From a virus (Duplodnaviria > Caudoviricetes), in the IMG/VR virus record IMGVR_UViG_3300042561_000440, positions 363-64,362 of that record: a stretch of 64,000 bases of DNA; one strand, written 5' to 3'. The notes under the pieces are model-generated. The model saw only the letters and a program-made list of their open reading frames with translations. It was not told the DNA's origin and did no database searches. Each line of letters opens with the position of its first letter. The first letter of the stretch is position 1. Of the stretch, positions 57,106-64,000 are shown one piece after another. The translations under genes and the position numbers were made by a program.

Positions 57106-57151
57106 TTTTGAGCCGAGCTAGTAGACATCTCTGTATATGGGGACACAACCA

Positions 57152-57484
57152 ATGGCAAGGAAACCGATGACCGACAAAGAGCTAGACATCTTCATGCTTT
57201 CACAGATCGATGCGGAGGCCCTGATTCGGGAACTGCACGACAAGATCACCTTCGTCAAAGAGGTTTTGGCAAAAGTTTCCAAACAGAGAGACGAGCTTGC
57301 TGCGGATGCCGCCATCACCAAAGAGGAGTGGGATGCCATCGCATTTGCCTGCACCACCATCAGGGACGCTATGCACCGGGAGGTTGGCACACCAGATGCA
57401 GACCTTAGGCCACACGCCGATGCCATAGCCACTCTCTTCAAGCTCAGGGAACGTCTCACCAAGGCCCGCCCGGTACATAAATGA
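57152..57484 (+). CDS. Hypothetical helical protein
   Basis: About 110 aa; start could be 57137 or 57152. Confidence 0.6.
   Translation: MARKPMTDKELDIFMLSQIDAEALIRELHDKITFVKEVLAKVSKQRDELAADAAITKEEWDAIAFACTTIRDAMHREVGTPDADLRPHADAIATLFKLRERLTKARPVHK
57473..57482 (+). promoter_or_regulatory. GTACATAAAT motif, candidate late promoter
   Basis: Same motif as 4835/7986/23919, overlapping the end of the upstream ORF. Confidence 0.55.
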
Positions 57485-57487
57485 AGT

Positions 57488-57601
57488 ATGAGCGGCTTCC
57501 TTGCGGGTGCGGTCGGGTTTGTGGCTGCCCTTGTGGGCGGGACGCTGCTTGTCACCTTCGTGGCAATGGTGCTGATCGACCTGTTCGGGCGGCGCAAGTG
57601 A
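57488..57601 (+). CDS. 37-aa single-TM membrane peptide
   Basis: MSGFLAGAVGFVAALVGGTLLVTFVAMVLIDLFGRRK. Confidence 0.5.
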   Translation: MSGFLAGAVGFVAALVGGTLLVTFVAMVLIDLFGRRK

Positions 57602-57677
57602 GCCAGTGTTCGTTTTATTTCTCATAGGCGCGTTCATATTGTTTCACATTATGGACGCTTTGGTAGGAGATTAAGCC

Positions 57678-57977
57678 ATGCCAATGAACAGCAACCCGCC
57701 GATGTCCTCGGTGGACCGGATTCGCAAGATTTCACAGAAGGGCTATGGCCTTGGGGGCTCGATTCTCCCGCCGCCAGCACCTGCTCCTGCACCAGCACCA
57801 AGCCCATACGGCCAGCCGTCTGGACCCATGCACGACAGCATCCAGCAGGACTTCCAGCAGTTCACCGCCCCGCAGCCCCAGCCGATGCTGCCCCCCGACC
57901 GCGACTTGAACACTCCGGTCGCATACAACCCGATTACCGGGGCGGGCTATACGGCTGGGCCAAAGCGGAGAATGTGA
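57678..57977 (+). CDS. Pro-rich hypothetical protein
   Basis: AGGAG RBS. Confidence 0.6.
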   Translation: MPMNSNPPMSSVDRIRKISQKGYGLGGSILPPPAPAPAPAPSPYGQPSGPMHDSIQQDFQQFTAPQPQPMLPPDRDLNTPVAYNPITGAGYTAGPKRRM

Positions 57978-58177
57978 TGGCCAAGCTGGCGAAGGTCGAA
58001 TTTCTGGGCGGCCCGATGGACGGCAAGCTAATCGCGGTGCCCAACTCAGTGGATGTCTACCACTGCTGCCTGAATCCCATGCTTATCCACCTGTATGTCA
58101 GGGATGAGCAATACACAGGCAAGGGATTCAGAACGGTGTTCCGGCATACAGAACTGATGGCTGCCAAGAGGGACTAG
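57974..58177 (+). CDS. Small protein with FLGGPMDG motif
   Basis: GGPxDG motif common in small phage proteins. Confidence 0.6.
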   Translation: MMAKLAKVEFLGGPMDGKLIAVPNSVDVYHCCLNPMLIHLYVRDEQYTGKGFRTVFRHTELMAAKRD

Positions 58178-58179
58178 TC

Positions 58180-59364
58180 ATGCCATTGCCCAAAGGGTCG
58201 CCAAAAGTAATCAAGGTCCCGACGCTGGACCACACCAAGATCATGGGCGACATCCGAAACGTCCACGGCAATGCTCTGTTCAACCAGAACAGGGTCCCTG
58301 ACAACATTGATGACACCTATGAGGTGTGGAAGAAGGCCACAGACGATGTTTACGAGCAGGCCAGAAAGAACGCCCCCGACGCCCCGGCGGCCAAGGGTGG
58401 ATTCCCGGGCATAGCCCACTATCCGATCGAATTCGTGGACAGCGACGGCAAGAAGACCACTGCCACCTTAGGCAGAGGCAGCCTTTTCAATATGCTCGTT
58501 GATCAGTGGGGGCCGGACAGAGCCATGGAAATGGCCCGAGAGGCCGCTGCTCGAAACTGGAAGAAGCCCGACCCGCACGACATTTACCCCGCCCTGCACC
58601 CTTGGGGCCCAGACCACCACTTTGATCGAAACATCCACATCATCAGGGAAGACGGCAAGCCCATAAGCAACGGTGCCGCCTCCCCGGGGCCCGACTACAT
58701 TCGCTACCGGAAGGCCGACGAAGGCAACACGGGCGACATGGAGATTCACGAAACCGCCCACCAATCGGCAGACTATGGCGGCCTGTGGGATGACCGTGCA
58801 ATCACCTCAAGCATCAGAGATTCCTCGCCGCTGTTCTGGATGTCTCATCTAAAAGACCCATCCAGCAAAACCGCCGTCACGAAGAGCATGAGGGACATTC
58901 TCATGGACTCTGCGGATGAGTACGGAATGAATTGGGACCCACAGGCGGGTGAGTTTGGCCCAGTCAGCCCAGAAGAGTTTTTCCAGCTTATGACCAATGG
59001 GGCGGGCAACTACTTCTTAAGGCCTGCTGAGATGAGGGCCAATACGCAGGTGTGGAAGAACCTTGCCCTTCAACGCAACGGCTTCTACACATTGGCCGAT
59101 CTGCCTAAGTCGGTGTCGCAGCGGGACTTCTTCAGGAACGCACTCACCCAAGACATTGCCCCAATCCCGCCGAGAGAAGCCACGCCTGATTTTGACAACG
59201 AAAAGTACAACTACTTGCAGGTCATGCAGCGGGCCATCCGAGAGAACATGAACTCCAAGGGCACTGGGCTCCACGACAGCCTCATCGGCAGACTGCCAAT
59301 GGTCGGAGGCATAGCTGCCGCCCTATCTCAAGGAGGTGCCAGCAATGGACCCGAGAGAAATTAA
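58180..59364 (+). CDS. Putative zincin metallopeptidase-domain protein
   Basis: IHETAHQ (HExxH) and downstream YFLRPAEMRA. Confidence 0.6.
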   Translation: MPLPKGSPKVIKVPTLDHTKIMGDIRNVHGNALFNQNRVPDNIDDTYEVWKKATDDVYEQARKNAPDAPAAKGGFPGIAHYPIEFVDSDGKKTTATLGRGSLFNMLVDQWGPDRAMEMAREAAARNWKKPDPHDIYPALHPWGPDHHFDRNIHIIREDGKPISNGAASPGPDYIRYRKADEGNTGDMEIHETAHQSADYGGLWDDRAITSSIRDSSPLFWMSHLKDPSSKTAVTKSMRDILMDSADEYGMNWDPQAGEFGPVSPEEFFQLMTNGAGNYFLRPAEMRANTQVWKNLALQRNGFYTLADLPKSVSQRDFFRNALTQDIAPIPPREATPDFDNEKYNYLQVMQRAIRENMNSKGTGLHDSLIGRLPMVGGIAAALSQGGASNGPERN

Positions 59365-60619
59365 CCGCCGCTCTGCCGTCACGGAGTCAGTCATCCGCGA
59401 CCTTGAGGGTGCTGGCTTATTGAGTCACCCCAATGTGAACAGGCAGGCCATCATCGACGGCTTGCTCCGGGGCGACGGCGACAGCAACGATGTCAAGCAA
59501 TACCAACTCCTCCAGCACTACACCAATCCAGACACGGAACTCAAAGGCCACGAAGATGCCATCTACGGCATCCCTCCAGAAGAACTCCGCAAGTTCGCCC
59601 ACAGAGACTTTCAGGGTAGAGGATGGTCAGAAGCAGATCAGGCCAAGCTAGGAAGGCCCGTCAAGCAATACGATGACTCCCTATCGACCGGGTGGTTGGG
59701 GCTCAACCCCGGTGCGGGTGCTGGAGAGCTTTCTGAGGGAGACAGGCAAGCGCAGGAGTGGCAACGCCGCCGCAGACTCACGGAAGGACTTCTGGATTCC
59801 AGCAAGGCAACCGCTGGCGGCGGGAACTACAACTACGGCTCACCGTCCGGCCCCATGCGAACTGCCGCCTACACGGCTGACGAGAACAGGCTCATTCAGC
59901 AGGACAATGCAACCGCCGAGTTTGACCGGACGCGAGGCCAGAGGTTCGGTGAGTCCGGCTACCACGGGATGCTGGAAAACCCTGAATACGTTGTTGGCGA
60001 TGTCTTCACAAGATACCTCGACCCAACCAGTGCGTGGTTCAAGGCCCAAGTCCATGAAGGAATGAGTGGCGATCAGGCTGACGTTCTTGCCCAAAAGAGG
60101 GCACAAGCGGCCAAGATGTCAAACACCAACGCCACCAAGATACCCAAGAAGTTCGACACATCCACGCCCGAAGCCAAGGATAAGTCATACCAGCAGGTAA
60201 AAGGCATATACAAAGGCCTGCTACCAAAGAGCTATGACGATTCCGAAAGGCAGGAAACAGGGCAATACCCAAGCTATGCCGCATCTACATTGGCAGAAGG
60301 CATAGGCAACTCAGCAGACATCGGCACTTTTATGTCCGCTGCGGGTGGGTGGAAGCACATGCTCAAGGAGCTTCTGACCGAAGACGTTCCCACGCAAGCT
60401 GGAATTAACGGTCTTTTTGGTGCTTGGAACAACGTCCCAAAGAAGTGGGGCACTCCCGGCAACGAGGCCAGAACAGACCTTTACAACCCCGCCACCGGCA
60501 AGCCCGAGACAGATGACGAGTTCAAGTCCAAGATGAGTCAGTGGCAGGCCGATAGGGATAATGCCCTAAGGAATTATCAAACCTACGAGGGCTATGGCAG
60601 GCCCTTAATGACAAGGTGA
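59345..60619 (+). CDS. Hypothetical protein, possibly internal virion protein
   Basis: AGGAGG RBS before ATG 59345. Confidence 0.6.
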   Translation: MDPREINRRSAVTESVIRDLEGAGLLSHPNVNRQAIIDGLLRGDGDSNDVKQYQLLQHYTNPDTELKGHEDAIYGIPPEELRKFAHRDFQGRGWSEADQAKLGRPVKQYDDSLSTGWLGLNPGAGAGELSEGDRQAQEWQRRRRLTEGLLDSSKATAGGGNYNYGSPSGPMRTAAYTADENRLIQQDNATAEFDRTRGQRFGESGYHGMLENPEYVVGDVFTRYLDPTSAWFKAQVHEGMSGDQADVLAQKRAQAAKMSNTNATKIPKKFDTSTPEAKDKSYQQVKGIYKGLLPKSYDDSERQETGQYPSYAASTLAEGIGNSADIGTFMSAAGGWKHMLKELLTEDVPTQAGINGLFGAWNNVPKKWGTPGNEARTDLYNPATGKPETDDEFKSKMSQWQADRDNALRNYQTYEGYGRPLMTR

Positions 60620-60632
60620 CAAAAGCCTCTTG
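60617..60632 (+). promoter_or_regulatory. 16-nt box TGACAAAAGCCTCTTG (copy 2)
   Basis: Identical to 4405..4420. Confidence 0.55.
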
Positions 60633-60687
60633 AGGGATTGAGGTCATCGCCAAAGACTCCTAGTAGCCCTTTACTACTGGAGGTTTT

Positions 60688-61809
60688 ATGGCTGATGATT
60701 TTGCCAGCGTCCCGTCCGAGGCACCCGTTAGCTCCGCTCCCGAGGCCCCGTCTAGCAGCCCGGCACCAGAGCAGTCGAGCAGTCAGCCATCACCAGCATC
60801 TCAGCCAACCCAGTCGGCAGCACCAGCCCAACAGCAGGTTGGTTACTGGGACAGGTTCAAGTCCCTGCCTGAGTTCCAAGGGCAGGATGACCGTGCCATC
60901 GCCGCCCGCCTGTATCAGGCCATGGAGCGAGAGAAGGCCGCCGCCAAAGCCCTCGCCCAGTACCAGCAGGTGATCCCATACGCCCAAGAGTACATCACTT
61001 ATCGCCCTGAATTCCAGAAGTGGCGGGCCTCGCAACAGCAAGCTCAACAGGCCCCCCAGCAACAGGCCGCCCCGCAACCACAGAAGTGGTGGAGCCCTCC
61101 CGAAGTCAAGGAAAGCTACAAGCGATACCTGACCAAGGACGAGAACGGCAGGGAGATCATCCACCCGGATGCCCCCATTGACGCTCGCAATGCCCTGCTT
61201 GAGTACCAGAACTACAAGGCAGACTTTGCCCACAAGTTCTTGGCAAACCCAGAAGAGGCACTTGGCCCAATGGTGCAGGAGATGGCAGCCAAGCAGGCCC
61301 AAGAACTCATCCAGCAGACCATGGCCCAGAAGGAGAACGAGAGCTTCGTGTCCCAGATCGAGAAGGACAACGAGGATTGGCTCTTCGATAAAGAAACAGG
61401 GAATGTCACACCGGAAGGGTTACTCGTACATAAATACATTGAGCAAGCAAGAGAGAAGGGCATCGGCGGCCCCCAAGCACGTTGGGAATACGCTGTTGCC
61501 ATGACCGAGAGAGACATGCTTGCTCAACAGTTCGACCAGCAGCAGCAACAGCAGAGTCAGGTTCAGCAGTCGGTGCAGCAGTTCATGGCCCAGCAGGCAC
61601 AGGCCCCGCGCCCTGCCCCGCAGCCAGCAGCAGCCCCGCCTCGACAGCCGGATGTGGCCCAGCAGAACATGCAGTACCTGAGGAAAGAAGCCTCAAGAAA
61701 CCCGAGTCGTTCAGCGGGAACGGCGACCAACGATCCACGGGCCCCGAAGCCCAAGATGACCTTTGAACAAATGCTAAGGGAAGAAGCAAGTTCCCGAGGC
61801 TTTATCTGA
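60688..61809 (+). CDS. Capsid scaffolding protein
   Basis: Upstream of MCP; P/S/Q-rich ends, helical core. Confidence 0.7.
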   Translation: MADDFASVPSEAPVSSAPEAPSSSPAPEQSSSQPSPASQPTQSAAPAQQQVGYWDRFKSLPEFQGQDDRAIAARLYQAMEREKAAAKALAQYQQVIPYAQEYITYRPEFQKWRASQQQAQQAPQQQAAPQPQKWWSPPEVKESYKRYLTKDENGREIIHPDAPIDARNALLEYQNYKADFAHKFLANPEEALGPMVQEMAAKQAQELIQQTMAQKENESFVSQIEKDNEDWLFDKETGNVTPEGLLVHKYIEQAREKGIGGPQARWEYAVAMTERDMLAQQFDQQQQQQSQVQQSVQQFMAQQAQAPRPAPQPAAAPPRQPDVAQQNMQYLRKEASRNPSRSAGTATNDPRAPKPKMTFEQMLREEASSRGFI

Positions 61810-61822
61810 AAGGATAGCTTAG

Positions 61823-62959
61823 ATGGCAAGCTCGACTGACTGGGCCCGTTCTATTGGCACGACCATTACCAATTACTTGAGGGAGGAAGAGCTAAACACC
61901 TTCCGCAAGTTCAAGGTATTCGCGGCTCTGGAGGGTTCTGGCAATGTCATCATGAATCAGGGAGGCTTGGGCCTCAACTGGCAGGTTCGTTATAGGAACC
62001 AGCCTGTGACGGGAAACAATGGTGAGACTCCCCGAGTCTTTGCCCGTCAGAACCTGTGGGTCGATGCCAACCTCCCTTACCGTGGCTATCAGGTAACGGA
62101 CTCGATCTACAAGCGTGAGATGCTTGAGAACCGTGGCCAGCAGGCCCTGATCAATGTCGCTGGCAAGATGGCCAGTCGGCTTCAGGAGTCGATGGAGCAG
62201 CATCTCGCCAAGGAAATCTGGATCGACGGCAATTTGGCCGGAAACGAGCTGCGATTCCACGGGATTGAGAGCTTCTGTGCCGTCGATGGCACGGTCAACG
62301 TCGTGGACGGCACCAAGCGAGCTACGCCCAATGCCGATGACCCGTTCGGCTGGCCTGCTGACGTTTACGCTGGCATCAACACTGGGCTCGGCGCTGTGGC
62401 CGGTTCCCAGCTTCAGGGGTCATGGCCGAATGGCGTGGCCGATCCTGAATACGACTTCTATAGCCCGATTGTAGTGAACTACACCAGCAAGTATTTCAAG
62501 GGCAAGAACTCCACTGGTGCTGACTCCTTCACTTGGCAGGACCAGTGTGTGCAGGCTGTCCGAGAGGGCATCCAGCAGGCAAAGAGAAACGACACCAAGG
62601 CCAGTCAGATCGACATGGTGATCCTCGACCGGAAGCTCTACATCGACTACATGAACAAGTTGGACAGCAAGGAGCGCATCCTTGCCAACAACAACGAAGG
62701 TCTTCGTAGCTACGGATTTAAGGACGTATTCCAGCAGGACGGTGTGGATATCTCGACTGAGTATGCCGTGCCGAACGGATGTGGATACGGCTTGTCCATT
62801 GCCAACATGGAACTCCGATGCATGGAGGGTTCCCTGATGACTTCCGAAGGTCCCTTCTACAACGAAGATACCCAAGCCTATCGGTATGTCGTGTCGGTTT
62901 TGGCAAACCTGAAATTTGTTTCGCCTCGTAACTTCTTCAAGTTGCAGGCCATCGCCTGA
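61823..62959 (+). CDS. Major capsid protein
   Basis: 378 aa after scaffold; QGGLGL..QVRY, LENRG..ALIN, IWIDG..RFHGI, PRN C-terminus, consistent with an HK97-fold MCP. Confidence 0.82.
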   Translation: MASSTDWARSIGTTITNYLREEELNTFRKFKVFAALEGSGNVIMNQGGLGLNWQVRYRNQPVTGNNGETPRVFARQNLWVDANLPYRGYQVTDSIYKREMLENRGQQALINVAGKMASRLQESMEQHLAKEIWIDGNLAGNELRFHGIESFCAVDGTVNVVDGTKRATPNADDPFGWPADVYAGINTGLGAVAGSQLQGSWPNGVADPEYDFYSPIVVNYTSKYFKGKNSTGADSFTWQDQCVQAVREGIQQAKRNDTKASQIDMVILDRKLYIDYMNKLDSKERILANNNEGLRSYGFKDVFQQDGVDISTEYAVPNGCGYGLSIANMELRCMEGSLMTSEGPFYNEDTQAYRYVVSVLANLKFVSPRNFFKLQAIA

Positions 62960-62989
62960 TCCTAAGCCCAAGAAGGAAAGCAAAGACCC

Positions 62990-63562
62990 ATGAGCATTCT
63001 CAATTCTGATCCTTGGTTCGGGCGTGGCACTACGCTGTTCGCTGGTCCGGCTCGGTACGCTGGCTTTGATCTGGCCAACGCCACCGTGGACCCCCAGAAC
63101 GGCAAGAACTGCACCGGCAGCCAGAAGGTGTTTGCGGACTTTGACCCCCGCGTGACCAACACGGGTGTCTGGTTGAGCAACCGCCCCGTGACCTGCATCG
63201 CTGTCCGCAACACCAGCGGCGGCCCGCTCCTCCCGGGTGCGCTGGTGAAGTTCAAGAAGTCGGCCATCCTCGATGAGGTTGACGGCGTGGCTGCGGCTGC
63301 GACCGACGCCCCTCTGGGTGTGGTGGACGAGTACCTGCCCGCTTCGGGTGTTGCCAACAACGATGTGTTCTGGCTGGTGGTCTCTGGCCCGACCGCGATC
63401 AACACGGCGGCTGCCCTCACGGCTGGCTCGCTGGTGACCGCCACGGCTGGTGCTGCCGCGACCGGGACCGCTGCCAATGCCATCGGGGTGACCATCTCGG
63501 CCCCTGCCAACGGCAAGGTGCGGACGCTGGTCAACACCGGCTACGGCCACTCGGCTGCCTGA
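62990..63562 (+). CDS. Capsid cement/decoration protein
   Basis: After MCP; Ala/Gly-rich; GVVD..VA.NDVFWLVVSGP..A.AG. Confidence 0.7.
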   Translation: MSILNSDPWFGRGTTLFAGPARYAGFDLANATVDPQNGKNCTGSQKVFADFDPRVTNTGVWLSNRPVTCIAVRNTSGGPLLPGALVKFKKSAILDEVDGVAAAATDAPLGVVDEYLPASGVANNDVFWLVVSGPTAINTAAALTAGSLVTATAGAAATGTAANAIGVTISAPANGKVRTLVNTGYGHSAA

Positions 63563-63566
63563 CATA

Positions 63567-63591
63567 ACCCATGAGGTAACCGCTCATGGGT
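63567..63591 (+). promoter_or_regulatory. Hairpin occluding the RBS and ATG of the next gene
   Basis: ACCCATGAG-gtaaccg-CTCATGGGT, perfect 9 bp. Confidence 0.65.
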
Positions 63592-64000
63592 GCGGACAAC
63601 ATCTGTCTTAACGCAGCCCGTGTAGCAGTAGCCTTCTGGGCGTTAATCACATTCGGCTGGCGGGACAGGCCCAAACAAGAGCCTCCCCGCCAGCCGAAGT
63701 CTTTGCAGGCCCCCGCACAAGTCCGGCCCCCAGACCCGCCACCAGCCAAGCCCAAGCCCGTGTCGGTGCTGGCCAAGCCGGACCTCCCATTCGTCACGAA
63801 CATCTGCCCGCCCGTCACCAAGCCAGTAGCCAAGAAGGTCCCGATTCTCACCGATCTGTACTGCCGGGTGCCCAACCCCGACTACTTTGCTGACCACCGG
63901 GAGCCGGATGACCTCGTAACCCATGTCCATGAGCTAACCCACGGGGTCAGCAACAGGCTCCACGCCAGCACCATAAAGCACGGGATTTACCTAGGGGACG
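63586..64000 (+). CDS. Membrane-anchored zinc metallopeptidase (partial, runs off the window)
   Basis: N-terminal hydrophobic segment, Pro linker, HELTHGVSNRL (HExxH at 63928-63942); not in the supplied ORF track. Confidence 0.7.
   Translation, partial: MGADNICLNAARVAVAFWALITFGWRDRPKQEPPRQPKSLQAPAQVRPPDPPPAKPKPVSVLAKPDLPFVTNICPPVTKPVAKKVPILTDLYCRVPNPDYFADHREPDDLVTHVHELTHGVSNRLHASTIKHGIYLGD

Overview
This window appears to be an almost complete (about 64 kb, probably circularly permuted) genome of a temperate tailed phage. Its layout is podovirus-like: no tape-measure or tail-tube gene is visible, and there are several large ejection-type proteins. The most likely host is a Planctomycete, inferred from a DUF1559 prepilin-type/H-X9-DG gene. 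Layout: (+) 56.7 kb through the window end and on to 34.3 kb holds the late genes (scaffold, capsid, cement, a candidate non-canonical lysis cassette, terminase, portal, fibres with three HNH genes in this arm, adaptor/nozzle, internal virion proteins). A (-) tyrosine integrase lies next to a 5'-half tRNA-Gly(CCC) attP candidate. (+) 35.3-42.2 kb is a recombination/replication/regulation block (RecE-like, ERF, CsrA, SF2 helicase, a ~700 nt structured intergenic region, resolvase, dNTP diphosphohydrolase, sigma factor). (-) 56.3-42.0 kb is an early/accessory arm (serine recombinase, LexA-HTH, MoxR/VWA, ParB-like, TraR/DksA, GIY-YIG, many small ORFs). The most unusual signals are: a five-copy covarying hairpin leader interleaved with dense intrinsic terminators in the early arm (candidate RNA-based antitermination or processing system); an attP/promoter/tRNA half overprinted inside the RecE-like gene; tmRNA-like fragments; a phage sigma factor with a candidate cognate GTACATAAA promoter; a DUF1559 pilin-like gene in the fibre module; and fibre genes split mid-domain. 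All functional calls come from motifs read by eye; no database searches were run.
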